A stretch of 58,534 bases of DNA. Source: Candidatus Eiseniibacteriota bacterium. GTDB lineage: Bacteria; Eisenbacteria; RBG-16-71-46. A program made the position numbers and the translations under genes. The stretch covers positions 1 to 58,534 of the forward strand of contig VBOY01000072.1 of NCBI GenBank assembly GCA_005893295.1. Direction: 5' to 3'. The notes under the pieces were generated by a model. That model saw only the letters and a program-made list of their open reading frames with translations, was not told where the DNA came from and made no database searches. Of the stretch, positions 43,543-53,152 are shown piece after piece (the stretch's first letter is position 1; the number at the start of each line of letters is the position of its first letter).

Positions 43543-46401
43543 TCACCACGCTCTCACCACGGCTCGCGTCCAGCGGCCCGCGGGGGTCTCGAGCCTCATG
43601 AAGTAGACGCCGGCTCGCACCCGTCGTCCGCGCGCGTCCCTTCCGTCCCAGGCCAGCCATTGCCGGCCGGCGGCAAACCGCTGGGCCCGGGCCAGGGATT
43701 TCACCTCGCGGCCCAGCAGGTCGAAGATCGCGCAGTCCACGCGACCTTCCCGCTCGAGGGCGAACTCCACTTGGATGCCGACGCGGAACGGATTCGGCCA
43801 CGCGGCGCGGAAGCCGAAGCGCCCGCCCGCTCCCGCGACGCCGACGTTGGCCGGGGTCGACGCAGGATCGCCCGGGTCGCTCCCCGCGGCCAGCTCGTCG
43901 GCATCCAGGGCCTGGTCACGGTCGCGATCGATCCCCATCCGCTTGCCACTCCCTACCGGCACCCCGGTCACCGTCACCTCGCTGCCCGGGCCACTGAGGG
44001 CGCGTAGGTCCGCGCTCAAGACGAGCGGCTCGCCGTCCTTGTCCGGCTTCCACTGGTCAGCCCCCTGATACCACCAGCCGCGCGGGATCCCGCCGATCCG
44101 GCCTTTGGCGATCAGCTCGCAGAAGCCGCGGCCCGCCTGGTCCTTCAGCGTGTCGAGGCGCGCCACCGCCGCGGGAGCGGCGTCGTTGGGCCCGGAGAAC
44201 GTCACCTGGGCCCCCACCGCCGGCGCCATGCCGGTGTCGAAGGCGAGCAGGAACGCCTCGACGTCGCGGCGATTCTCGTCCGCCGTCTGGCTGTCGGGTC
44301 GAGTGAAATTGAAGCCCGGGAAATGGAGGAAGTCGAACAAGTCGTCGACCGCGCCGTCGTGGGTGAAACCGAAGCCGCGCTTGTTCGTGGCACCTGGCCG
44401 GTCAGTGAAGCCGGTCTTCTGGTAGAGGTTCCTAAGCTGCGGGACCTTCATGTCCTGCGACTCCGCCAGCGCCTGGTTGTCGATGATTTGGCCGTTGGTG
44501 CCGGTGCCGAAAGCGGCGGACGCGTGACACTGGTTGCAGGTCAGCAGGCCGTCGGTCGGTCGGCCGAAGAAGAAGGTCTCGCCGCGCGCCGCACTCGGCT
44601 GGTGGAGGGGCGCATCGCGGAGACTTCGGTCGAGGAACCGGTTCGGATTCGGCGGATAGACCAGCGGCAGCACGAAATCGTCGAACGCCGCCATCTCGCT
44701 ATCGGGGAGCTGCGCGGCGCGGCCCATGAGGTTGACGAACGCCGCGTTGAAAGCGTCCAGGTTCCGCCGGTCGGCCCGCCAGTGGAACATCCCGGTGTTG
44801 GGCAGGCCGCGCAGGCTCTGGGTGGTCATCGGACCCTTCATCGGGTGCACCTGGCTGTCGATCAGTGGATCGACCTGGCCCCCGGTGTCGATCGGCTGCA
44901 TGTCTCCCTGCGGGTTCCCTAAGTCCCAGGCGATGTTGTCGAAGTCGCCGAACAAGTGGCACGTCGCGCACGCTTCTTCCCCGTGGCCCGAGGTGAAACC
45001 GCCGTAGAAGAACTTGCGGCCGTTGACGATCGCGTCTGGCGTCGGATCCATGCCGATGCGCGCGGTCGCAAGCGGCGCGAGGTCGCTTGCGCGCAGCGTC
45101 TCGAGCTGGTTGCGGAAGCGCCCTACCACGTAGATCCTGCCGCGCGCGTCGTCCACCGTCACCGCGCTGGGGCCCGCCACGGTGGGAGCCCGGGCGCCGA
45201 TCGTGGGCGAGCCGGCGACGTCGATGCGGGCGATCCGGTTGTCGGCGAGCGCGGTCACGTAGAGGTGCTGGCTGTCGCCGGACCACGCCGCCCCGATCGG
45301 CAGCCCGAGCGCCACGTCGAGATCGCTCGCGGGGCCGGGCGTGGTGCCGAAGTCGAGGGTCGGGTTCAAGTCGATCCGGGTGACCGTTCCGCCGGCGGTG
45401 ATGAGCGCCGCGCGCGTGTCCACCATGTGTCCGCGCAGGTTGGGCTCGAAGCGCCGGAGGTTGCGCGCCTCGGTGCCCGTCACGGCCACCGTGCCGCCCG
45501 CGCTCACCGCGAGGCCGAGGTTGACGGTGGCGATGTCGCCGAAGATGCGGGTCACCGAATTGGTCGCGGTGGCGATCTCGGCGACATCGGTATCGAAGGC
45601 CGTATACGAGATCTTGGCCTGTCCGGTCGGATTCTGATTCGTGTTCCACACCTGGCCGGCCTCGTCCACCCACTGCGAGCCCTGCTGCTGGACGATCAGT
45701 CCGGTGATGGGCGGGGGTGGCAGGCCCTGCTTGAGCGGCGGATTGGGGGGCGGCGCGGCGCTGGTCGGCGGATTGGTCGACAGCGTCACTTCCTGCTGGG
45801 AGAGGACCGAGGTGCGGTTCCCGGCGTGAAACACCGCGACGTAGACCAGGCTACCGTTCGGATTGCGCGCCAGGGCGCGCGGCTTGCGGCCGTCGATCGG
45901 AATCGCCGCCGCCTGCGCCAGCGTCTTGGAGTCGTAGACCTTGACCATGTCCTCCTCGGCAACGCTGACGTAGGCGAACGGCACGCCCGGCTGGGCCGCG
46001 CCGGCGAACACGACGTCGCAGGGCTCGTCCCCGACTGCGAGCGTGGCGCGCACGTGCATGGTGGTGAGATCCACCACGCTCACATCGTCCGAAAGGTGGT
46101 TCACCACCCACGCCTCACCGTCGGAGAGCGCGGCTACCGACACGGGCTCGAGCCCGACCGGGACTTCGGCGACCCGGAGCGGCTCGGAGCCGGTAAGGTC
46201 GAACACCGAGAGGCGATTGTCCGCGGTGTTCACGACCAGCAGCCGGCTGCCGCTCGGCGTCATCGCCAGCGGGTGGACGTGGCTGCTCTCGAAATGGACG
46301 AAGTCGGGGGAGAGTGCGGCCTGGGAGGCGAGATGGCGGGGGACTGCCGCCAGGCCGAACCCGAGGGCGACGAGCGCCAAGAGGATGCCGAAGCGACGCA
46401 T
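43543..46401 (-). CDS. Secreted beta-propeller (YVTN-like) + di-heme cytochrome c peroxidase/MauG-like protein with a FlgD-Ig/T9SS-type C-terminal domain
   Basis: 952 aa with a signal peptide. It has two CXXCH motifs (CATCH, CNQCH) in a CCP-like context. The C-terminus reads AWPNPFRVGIQVEFAL...IFDLLGREVKSL...WDGRDARGRRVRAGVYFMRL. Confidence 0.7.
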   Translation of the reverse strand: MRRFGILLALVALGFGLAAVPRHLASQAALSPDFVHFESSHVHPLAMTPSGSRLLVVNTADNRLSVFDLTGSEPLRVAEVPVGLEPVSVAALSDGEAWVVNHLSDDVSVVDLTTMHVRATLAVGDEPCDVVFAGAAQPGVPFAYVSVAEEDMVKVYDSKTLAQAAAIPIDGRKPRALARNPNGSLVYVAVFHAGNRTSVLSQQEVTLSTNPPTSAAPPPNPPLKQGLPPPPITGLIVQQQGSQWVDEAGQVWNTNQNPTGQAKISYTAFDTDVAEIATATNSVTRIFGDIATVNLGLAVSAGGTVAVTGTEARNLRRFEPNLRGHMVDTRAALITAGGTVTRIDLNPTLDFGTTPGPASDLDVALGLPIGAAWSGDSQHLYVTALADNRIARIDVAGSPTIGARAPTVAGPSAVTVDDARGRIYVVGRFRNQLETLRASDLAPLATARIGMDPTPDAIVNGRKFFYGGFTSGHGEEACATCHLFGDFDNIAWDLGNPQGDMQPIDTGGQVDPLIDSQVHPMKGPMTTQSLRGLPNTGMFHWRADRRNLDAFNAAFVNLMGRAAQLPDSEMAAFDDFVLPLVYPPNPNRFLDRSLRDAPLHQPSAARGETFFFGRPTDGLLTCNQCHASAAFGTGTNGQIIDNQALAESQDMKVPQLRNLYQKTGFTDRPGATNKRGFGFTHDGAVDDLFDFLHFPGFNFTRPDSQTADENRRDVEAFLLAFDTGMAPAVGAQVTFSGPNDAAPAAVARLDTLKDQAGRGFCELIAKGRIGGIPRGWWYQGADQWKPDKDGEPLVLSADLRALSGPGSEVTVTGVPVGSGKRMGIDRDRDQALDADELAAGSDPGDPASTPANVGVAGAGGRFGFRAAWPNPFRVGIQVEFALEREGRVDCAIFDLLGREVKSLARAQRFAAGRQWLAWDGRDARGRRVRAGVYFMRLETPAGRWTRAVVRAW

Positions 46402-46551
46402 GACCGTGGATTCCGCAGGTGATTCGCGAGCGACTGCGCAATTGTAGCACCGGCGTGGGCGCCGCTCATCCCCCGAAGATCCACACTCGGAAATCCCGCC
46501 CGGGCTGGCGACTCGAGCGGAGATCCTTAGGTCGCCGGTCCCACGTCCGGG

Positions 46552-47148
46552 TCACGCCACCTTGCCGCCTGCTGGCTGCCCTTGCGTAAACTGGATCTCC
46601 ACGTCCTTGCGGTCGGCCTCGTCGACGTGGAAGAGCTGCCCCGGCTTGAACGACAGCCAGTCGGCGACCACGCTGTCGGGAATCTGCTGGATGCGCGTGT
46701 TGAAGGTGGTGACGGTGTCGTTGTAGAACTCGCGCCGGTCGGCGATCTGGTTCTCGATGTCGGTGATGCGGCTCTGGAGCTGCAGGAAGGACTGGTTCGC
46801 CTTGAGGTCGGGATAGTTCTCGGCCACGGCGAAGAATTGCCCGAGCGCCCGGCTGAGTTGATTCTCGGCTCCGGCGCGCTCGGCCACGGTCTTCGCCTGC
46901 GCGAGCGCTCCGCGCGCTTCGCTCAGCTTGTCGAATACCTCGCGCTCGTGCCGCATGTACCCTTCGCACGTCTTGACCAGCTTCGGCAGCTCGTCGTGGC
47001 GCTGCTTGAGCAACACGTCGATGTTGGCCCACGAGCGCGCGATGTTGTTCTTGAGCGCGACCAGGCCGTTGTAGATGGACAGGAAGTACCCGACGACTCC
47101 GACGATCACGAAGCCGATCGCCACGGTCCAAAAGATCTCTGCGAACAT
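46552..47148 (-). CDS. lemA: LemA-family membrane protein
   Basis: I chose the start at ATG 47148 (GGAGGAG upstream). It has one TM segment followed by YNGLVALKNNIARSWANIDVLLKQRHDELPKLV, the LemA signature. The track ORF extends to 47232. Confidence 0.85.
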   Translation of the reverse strand: MFAEIFWTVAIGFVIVGVVGYFLSIYNGLVALKNNIARSWANIDVLLKQRHDELPKLVKTCEGYMRHEREVFDKLSEARGALAQAKTVAERAGAENQLSRALGQFFAVAENYPDLKANQSFLQLQSRITDIENQIADRREFYNDTVTTFNTRIQQIPDSVVADWLSFKPGQLFHVDEADRKDVEIQFTQGQPAGGKVA

Positions 47149-47179
47149 CGTCTCCTCCCCGAGGGTGATCCTCCGCGCC

Positions 47180-47992
47180 TCAGCGCAGGCGGCCCAAGGA
47201 CAGCGCCGACAGCCAGTAGCCGAGCGCCGCAAGCGCCAAGGCCGGCCCGCCGCAGATCATGCCGAGGGCCTTCCAGCGCAGTGCCATCACCAGATCGCGC
47301 TCGGACGTCTGGCTGATGATGAAGGTGGTCTGGTTGCTGCCGCGGCGCACCACCGCGTCCACCTCGGTGTCGAGCGAGTGCAGTCTCAGCGCCCGCCAGT
47401 CGTCGGTCCCGGTCGCTTGGAGCGGCTCCGAGATCACCACCTCGGCGGCGCGCGGCACGGCGGTGCCGAGCACGTAGACGCGCTCTCCTTCCTCCAGCTT
47501 GCGCTCGCGGAAGCGCATCATGGAGAGCCGATACGCGGGTCCCAGGGCGGTGGGGTGCTCCTGCAAGTAGTGGGCATAGCAGTCCGGCAGGGTGAGACCC
47601 AGGCACGTCTCCTCGGTCCCGTGCGGAATCCTGCCGGTGGCCCCGTGCGGGTAGACGAGAGCCTGGCCGGTATCGTCCTTGAGGTAGAAGGGCTGGCCGG
47701 ACTGGTTGCGGTGCACCACGCTCCAGCCGCCGCGGCGGCCGCGCACCGCGACATCCACTTCCCAGTAGGCACATGGCTGGCCCGAGAACGGTGCCACCAT
47801 GGCGCTGCGTGGGACCACCTCGCCGTCGATCTCCACCAGGCCCATCGGCATCGAGCGAATGCGGGCGGTGGGCGTGTTCTCGATCAAGCGACACGTGTTC
47901 ATGTGACGGAAGCCGCGATAGAAGACGACCGGGCCCGCGGCGAGCGCCACCGTGGCGGCTAATGGCAGGCGCGGGTCGATCGGACCGATCAT
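47180..47992 (-). CDS. GIDE-domain-like two-TM membrane protein
   Basis: 270 aa with N- and C-terminal TM segments. The core reads GLVEIDGEVVPRSAMVAPFSGQPCAYWEVDV...QPFYLKDDTGQALVYPHGA. Confidence 0.55.
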   Translation of the reverse strand: MIGPIDPRLPLAATVALAAGPVVFYRGFRHMNTCRLIENTPTARIRSMPMGLVEIDGEVVPRSAMVAPFSGQPCAYWEVDVAVRGRRGGWSVVHRNQSGQPFYLKDDTGQALVYPHGATGRIPHGTEETCLGLTLPDCYAHYLQEHPTALGPAYRLSMMRFRERKLEEGERVYVLGTAVPRAAEVVISEPLQATGTDDWRALRLHSLDTEVDAVVRRGSNQTTFIISQTSERDLVMALRWKALGMICGGPALALAALGYWLSALSLGRLR

Positions 47993-47999
47993 GGAACGC

Positions 48000-48842
48000 C
48001 TAGATCCGCCGCACCGAGTGCAGGAAATCCACGGCGTTGGCCAGGTAGAGGAGGCCTCCCAGGCTCAGCGCCGGCCCGAGCACCAGGCCGACGGCTCGGA
48101 TCCACGGCGGGGCGAGCTCGCGTGGGTCGGGCGCGCGGTCGGAGATCCACAGGAAGTCGAGGTGCCCACCGTCGTCGATCCACAGCTCGGGTTCCACGTC
48201 GAGCCGTCGATCGACTCCCGTGCCGCCAGCGGACGCCACCTCGGCCACGTCATCGGTTCCCGTCTTGAGCCGCTCGATCTCCGCTGGCCATTCGAGCGGG
48301 TACCCGCGGCGCATCTGACCCACGACGTGGCACTCGCTCCCGGCCATGAGCGCTCGCTCGGTCAGGACTAGGTTCGCGCCCGCGCGGCGCAGCCAGCGCG
48401 CCTCGGGCGAGCGGGCGAGCAGCGCTTCGAGACCCGTGGGGAGAGGGTCCTTCGAGGCGACCTCGCGACGCGCGCTGACGGAGACGCTCCAGCGGCCACG
48501 GTGTCCGAGCACCTGCGCGGTGGCTCCGCCTTCGGTGAGGCGGAAGACGCGGCGCTGCTCGATCACCGCCGTCGGGCCGTGACCCGCGATGGCGACCTCG
48601 AGGCGGAACCCCGCGCACGGCTTGCCCGAGAGCGGGCCGAACTGGGGGCTCGCGAGAGCCACTCGTCCGCGGGTGCGCACCAGGCCGCTCGGCCCCTCGC
48701 CGAGTCGCGCCTCGGCGAGCTGGGCGAATCCGCGGGCGAGCCTCAGGACGCGGAGACCCTCGCTGAACAGCGGGGCGCCTCCGGCCACTGCGGCGGCGGC
48801 AAACGCGGCCCCCGCGAAGGTCGGCTGCATGTCGAAGCCCAT
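48000..48842 (-). CDS. GIDE-domain-like two-TM membrane protein (paralog)
   Basis: 280 aa with the same architecture: GLVRTRGRVALASPQFGPLSGKPCAGFRLEV...RVFRLTEGGATAQV. Confidence 0.5.
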   Translation of the reverse strand: MGFDMQPTFAGAAFAAAAVAGGAPLFSEGLRVLRLARGFAQLAEARLGEGPSGLVRTRGRVALASPQFGPLSGKPCAGFRLEVAIAGHGPTAVIEQRRVFRLTEGGATAQVLGHRGRWSVSVSARREVASKDPLPTGLEALLARSPEARWLRRAGANLVLTERALMAGSECHVVGQMRRGYPLEWPAEIERLKTGTDDVAEVASAGGTGVDRRLDVEPELWIDDGGHLDFLWISDRAPDPRELAPPWIRAVGLVLGPALSLGGLLYLANAVDFLHSVRRI

Positions 48843-48936
48843 GGCTCCCTGGTTATCGGCGTGCGGGGCTCCCTTCGTGAGGGGCCGATCCGACGAGCTT
48901 CTGGGCCGGTGCCGCGAGGTGCGACCCGATGTCCGG

Positions 48937-49146
48937 TCAGGTCTTGGGCGGGGCGGGAGATTTCGGCGGTTGCGGTTCGATCCGGCTTCCGCCGCGCTCT
49001 CTGCGCTCGTCGAGCCGCCCCTTGCGGTGTCCGTAGGCGAATACCAAGACCACCGCGAGCAGGTGGATCACCCACCAGCCGGGCTTGAAGAACCGCAGCC
49101 CCTCGGGCAGCACGGAGCCGGCGGTGTCGAGGAGGAAGGCCCTCAT
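48937..49146 (-). CDS. Small membrane protein, hypothetical
   Basis: 69 aa with one TM segment (WWVIHLLAVVLVFAY). The ATG overlaps the NUDIX stop (ATGA). Confidence 0.4.
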   Translation of the reverse strand: MRAFLLDTAGSVLPEGLRFFKPGWWVIHLLAVVLVFAYGHRKGRLDERRERGGSRIEPQPPKSPAPPKT

Positions 49147-49625
49147 GCGCGGGTGGAACCCGCGCCCGGAGGCCGCCGCCTCTCGACCCAGGCCTTCAGG
49201 AAATCACGGTCTCCGGCCAGCACCTGGCCGAGGTCGATTTCCCCGGGCAGCCACCAACGCGCCTCGTACACGGCCGCGCTCGCGCGGAACTCGAGCGAGT
49301 CCAGCTCGCAGCGAATGAACGTGATCTCCACCTCGAGGCCGTGCGGGTAGTCGTGCGAGGCCACCTCGATCACCTCGCGCGGCCGGGCATGGACGCCGAG
49401 CTCCTCGTGGATCTCGCGCGCCAGGGCGCGCTCGGGGCTCTCGCCCTGCTCGATCTTGCCGCCGGGGAACTCCCACTGGAGACCGAGCGAGCCCCCGGGC
49501 GGCCGCCGCGTGAGCAGCAACCTTCCCTCGTGCTCGACGACCGCCGCCACCACGCGCACGCGGTAGTTCTGGCTCGTCGAAGCGGCGCGGAGCGCCTGCA
49601 TGCGATCGCGGAGCGAATCGTCCAT
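49143..49625 (-). CDS. NUDIX hydrolase (MutT-like)
   Basis: NUDIX box GGKIEQGESPERALAREIHEELGV. I chose the start at ATG 49625. The track ORF extends to 49772. Confidence 0.8.
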   Translation of the reverse strand: MDDSLRDRMQALRAASTSQNYRVRVVAAVVEHEGRLLLTRRPPGGSLGLQWEFPGGKIEQGESPERALAREIHEELGVHARPREVIEVASHDYPHGLEVEITFIRCELDSLEFRASAAVYEARWWLPGEIDLGQVLAGDRDFLKAWVERRRPPGAGSTRA

Positions 49626-49707
49626 CGGATCGGGCGAGGTGCTGGGAGCGGTCTCAAGCCGCTGGGCACGCCCGCGGCGATCAGGATCGCATTGGCCTCC
49701 CGGGACT

Positions 49708-50412
49708 TCAAGCGGACCAGCGATCGCGCCTCCCACCCGCGACCGCGCGCCTGGGCGACGAAACCCGCGCACCGCGGCTTTCTAGCGATCGCTCCCAGGC
49801 GCCGGCCAGCTCGCGCTCGAAGCGCAGCAGATAACGACGCTCGCCGCGATGCCGCGCCGCGATCGCCGCCCTCGCCGCGGCGTGGAGCAGCGTCGCCTGC
49901 CGGGCATCGAGGCGGTCGAGCCGCGAAAGCTCGGCCGGCAGCCGCAGGTAGCACGGCGGCCGGTCCACCAGCAACGGCGAGCGCGCCAAAGCCCACAGGT
50001 CGCACGCCCGCTCTCCGCCGGGCACCAGCCTGCGCGCCTGGAGCAGGTGCGTGAACTCGTGGGCGACCGTGAAGCTGTCGATCCGCCGCGGCCGCACCCA
50101 CACGCCCGGCGCTTCGGGATCGAGCGATCCCCACCCCAAGACGCCTCGCTTCTTCGCCAGACCGACGGCGATCGTGAGGCCGTCGATCTCGGGGAAGAAG
50201 CCACGCACGTACTCGAGGCGCTCGCGGATGCGGGGCGCGTGCGGTGAGCGCAGCACCAGACGCGAGAAGCGCCAGCGGGGCTTGAGCGGGCCCAGGTCCA
50301 TGGCGAGCTGCTCGAGCCTGGTCGCCTGTCGCCGCGTTCCGCTGCGCCGGCCACCGCGGCCCGTGGGCTCGCGGCGCGCGTGGTCCATGCCTCCTCCCTG
50401 AGGTCGTGACAC
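49708..50412 (-). CDS. Hypothetical HExxH protein (possible zinc-dependent hydrolase)
   Basis: 234 aa with the motif VAHEFTHLL. No further family assignment is possible by eye. Confidence 0.4.
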   Translation of the reverse strand: MSRPQGGGMDHARREPTGRGGRRSGTRRQATRLEQLAMDLGPLKPRWRFSRLVLRSPHAPRIRERLEYVRGFFPEIDGLTIAVGLAKKRGVLGWGSLDPEAPGVWVRPRRIDSFTVAHEFTHLLQARRLVPGGERACDLWALARSPLLVDRPPCYLRLPAELSRLDRLDARQATLLHAAARAAIAARHRGERRYLLRFERELAGAWERSLESRGARVSSPRRAVAGGRRDRWSA

Positions 50413-50572
50413 GTCGCGCGTGCTTGTAGCACACCGGGCTGCCCTCGCTCAACCAGGGACGGCTGTGGCTGACGCAGACGACACGGGAGGATGGCTGGCG
50501 CGAACGCCCCGGCTCTGCCACTCTGCCCGGTTGCCGGCGCGCGGGGTCCACGCGACGCGCTCGCTGCACACT

Positions 50573-51286
50573 ATGCCCAGGATCTCGATCGTCGTCCCGG
50601 TCTACAACGAGCGCGCCAACCTCGATCCGCTGCTCGAGGAGCTGCGCGCCGCGCTCGCCGCTACCGGCGCGAGCTACGAGATCGTGCTGGTGGACGACGG
50701 CAGCGCCGACGGGAGCGCCGAATGGATCGTAGACGAGGGCCGGCGCGACGAGCGGGTGGTGCCGGTGCTCCTCAAGCGCAACCGCGGCCAGAGCACGGCG
50801 CTCGCGGTGGGGTTGATGCGGGCCCGCGGCGAGATCCTCGTGACGCTGGACGCGGATCTCCAGAACGACCCTGCCGATCTGCCGCGGGTGCTCGAGGCGC
50901 TGGGCGAGGCCGACGTCGTGTCGGGTGTGCGCGCGGATCGGCAGGACGGTTGGCTGCGCCTCGTGTCGTCGCGAGTCGCCAACGTCACGCGCCGTGCGTG
51001 GCTCGGTGATCCGATCACCGACATCGGCTGCTCCTTCAAAGCCTATCGCCGGGAAGCCCTGGAGGGCCTGCCGTGGTTCGCGGGCTGCCACCGCTTCCTG
51101 CCGGCGCTGTGCGTGTTCCGGGGCGCCCGCCTGCGCGAGGTGACGCTCCGTCACCGGCCGCGCCGCCACGGGCAGTCCAAGTACGGGATTTCGAACCGTC
51201 TCTGGCGAGGCCTCTACGACTTGGTCGGCGTGCGCTGGCTCAAGTCCCGCCTGCTCCGCTACGACATTCGCGAGGTGCCCCGATGA
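50573..51286 (+). CDS. Family 2 glycosyltransferase (polyprenyl-phosphate sugar transferase, ArnC/DPM1-like)
   Basis: I chose the start at ATG 50573. Motifs are ISIVVPVYNE, VLVDDGSADGS and TLDADLQND. The track ORF starts at 50420. Confidence 0.85.
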   Translation: MPRISIVVPVYNERANLDPLLEELRAALAATGASYEIVLVDDGSADGSAEWIVDEGRRDERVVPVLLKRNRGQSTALAVGLMRARGEILVTLDADLQNDPADLPRVLEALGEADVVSGVRADRQDGWLRLVSSRVANVTRRAWLGDPITDIGCSFKAYRREALEGLPWFAGCHRFLPALCVFRGARLREVTLRHRPRRHGQSKYGISNRLWRGLYDLVGVRWLKSRLLRYDIREVPR

Positions 51287-51561
51287 ACGAGTGGTTTGGC
51301 TCCCCGGTGGGCTGGTACGTGGTCGGATTCGCGGGTCAGCTGCTGTTCGGCTCGCGCTTCGTGGTCCAGTGGCTGATGTCGGAGCGGCACCGGCGGGTGG
51401 TGATCCCGGCGTCGTTCTGGTACCTGAGCTTGTGCGGGGGCGCGGCATTGTTTCTCTACGCGGTGCACAAACGGGATCCGGTGTTCGCCGTGGGACAGCT
51501 CGCGGGGCTCTTCATCTACGCACGCAACCTGTGGATCAAGCGCGGCGAAACAGTCTCGTGA
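51283..51561 (+). CDS. Lipid-A-disaccharide synthase N-terminal domain-like small membrane protein
   Basis: 92 aa with an ATGA overlap with the GT2 stop. The sequence reads GFAGQLLFGSRFVVQWLMSERHRRVVIPASFWYLSL..DPVFAVGQLAGLFIYARNL. Confidence 0.75.
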   Translation: MNEWFGSPVGWYVVGFAGQLLFGSRFVVQWLMSERHRRVVIPASFWYLSLCGGAALFLYAVHKRDPVFAVGQLAGLFIYARNLWIKRGETVS

Positions 51562-51571
51562 CGGTGCCGCG

Positions 51572-53152
51572 GTGCGAGCCGTGACCGCCTGGATCGACCT
51601 GGGCCGCGCGCGCGTGGCGCTGCTGCTGCTCGGGCTCATGCTGCTTCTCCCGCTCGGTGCCTACGGGCTGCTCGAGCCGACCGAGACGCGCTATGCCGAG
51701 ATCGCGCGGGAGATGCGCGCCAGCGGCGACTGGCTGAGGCCGCGCCTCGACGGCATCTCGCACTTCCACAAGCCGCCGCTCGCCTATTGGGCCGCCGGGG
51801 CCGGCATGGGAGTGCTGGGAGAGAACGCTGCGGGCGCGCGCCTTTTCGTCGTCCTCGCCTCGATGATCACGCTCGCCGCCACGGCGCTCGCGGTCCGCAG
51901 GAGGTTCCCGAGCCTCGGCGTCTCGCCGGCGCAGGCCATCTGGGTGCTCGGCACGATGCTGCTGTTCGCCACGCTGGGGCGCACGCTCGCGTCGGATCCG
52001 TTCCTCGCCGCCGCGGTCGCGACCTACTGGGCGCTCGCGCCCTCGCCATGGGCGATCGCCGCGCTCGGCGTCGGCTTCTTCGCCAAGGGGCCGGTGGTGT
52101 TCGTGCACACGGCGTTGCCGGTATTGCTGGTGGCGCTCCTCGGCCGCGACCGTCGCGTGCTCGGCTCGCTCGGGCCCGCGCGGGGCTGGCTCCTCTTCGC
52201 CGCACTCGGCCTACCGTGGTTCGTGATCGTCGGGCTACGCACGCCAGGCCTGCTGACCTATCTGCTGGAAAACCAGATCTGGGGCCGCTTCGCCACCACC
52301 GAGCACAACCGCCCGGGACCACCGTGGTATTTCGTGGGCGTCCTGCTGGCGGGCACTTTGCCGTGGACCGCGGCCCTCTTGGCCGGGATCGCTCGCTCGT
52401 GGCGCGAGCGCGTGAACGACGAGGCGCGGCTCGCCCTGGCTTGGGTGTTCGCGCCGCTCGTCCTGCTGTCGTTTTCCGGCTCCAAGCTCCCAGCCTACCT
52501 GCTGCCGTGCTTCCCGCCCGTCGCGCTGCTCGCCGCGCGAGGTCTCGAGGCCCGCTGGGCGCGCCTCGCCACGGCGGGGCTCCTGGCCCTCGCGATCGTG
52601 GCCGGCGTGGCCCTGGGACCTGCAGCGCTCGGCAGGCTCTTGGGGCCAGAGCCGAGGCTACCGGCCGTGGTGATGCTGCCGCTGGTGCTCGCGGCTCTGG
52701 CGAGCGGCTGGGCGGCGCTTCGCATCGGGCGCGGGCGGCCGCTCGATGGGTCATTGTTCCTCGCCGTCGCGTACGCCGCGCTCATCGTCGCCGCCTCACC
52801 CTTCGACGCGGCCCTGGGCTCGCCGCGGCGGCTGGCGGGCGTGCTGGCCGAGAACCGTTCGCCGGGCGAGCCGGTGGTGGAGGTCGCGCGGTTCAACGCC
52901 GGTCTGCCGTTCTACCTGGGGGAAACGGTGCGGCTGCTCGAGGTGGAGCGCGAACCCGAGTTCGACCCGGCGAGACGACTCGACGCGGTGTTGGTGACCC
53001 GCGATTCGCTGGCTGCTCTCGCGACTCGGCACGCGCGCGTGTGGACGCTCGGCCCCGCAGGACGCTGTGCGGAGATCGCCGAGGCCCTCGACCTGCGCTA
53101 CACGATCGTGGCGCGCTGGCGCAAGGACGCGCTCGGTTTCGTCTCGCGCTAG
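51572..53152 (+). CDS. ArnT/PMT-type (GT-C fold) membrane glycosyltransferase
   Basis: 526 aa with a GTG start, multi-pass. The N-terminal motif reads EPTETRYAEIAREMRASGDWLRPRLDGISHFHKPPLAYW. Confidence 0.8.
   Translation: MRAVTAWIDLGRARVALLLLGLMLLLPLGAYGLLEPTETRYAEIAREMRASGDWLRPRLDGISHFHKPPLAYWAAGAGMGVLGENAAGARLFVVLASMITLAATALAVRRRFPSLGVSPAQAIWVLGTMLLFATLGRTLASDPFLAAAVATYWALAPSPWAIAALGVGFFAKGPVVFVHTALPVLLVALLGRDRRVLGSLGPARGWLLFAALGLPWFVIVGLRTPGLLTYLLENQIWGRFATTEHNRPGPPWYFVGVLLAGTLPWTAALLAGIARSWRERVNDEARLALAWVFAPLVLLSFSGSKLPAYLLPCFPPVALLAARGLEARWARLATAGLLALAIVAGVALGPAALGRLLGPEPRLPAVVMLPLVLAALASGWAALRIGRGRPLDGSLFLAVAYAALIVAASPFDAALGSPRRLAGVLAENRSPGEPVVEVARFNAGLPFYLGETVRLLEVEREPEFDPARRLDAVLVTRDSLAALATRHARVWTLGPAGRCAEIAEALDLRYTIVARWRKDALGFVSR

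Noticed and set aside
46438-46452. Sigma-54-like CGGTGC-TACAA-TTGC upstream of the 952-aa gene.
   Set aside because: The spacing and -12 box are correct, but the -24 box is poor (CGGTGC). This is too weak to call in GC-rich sequence.
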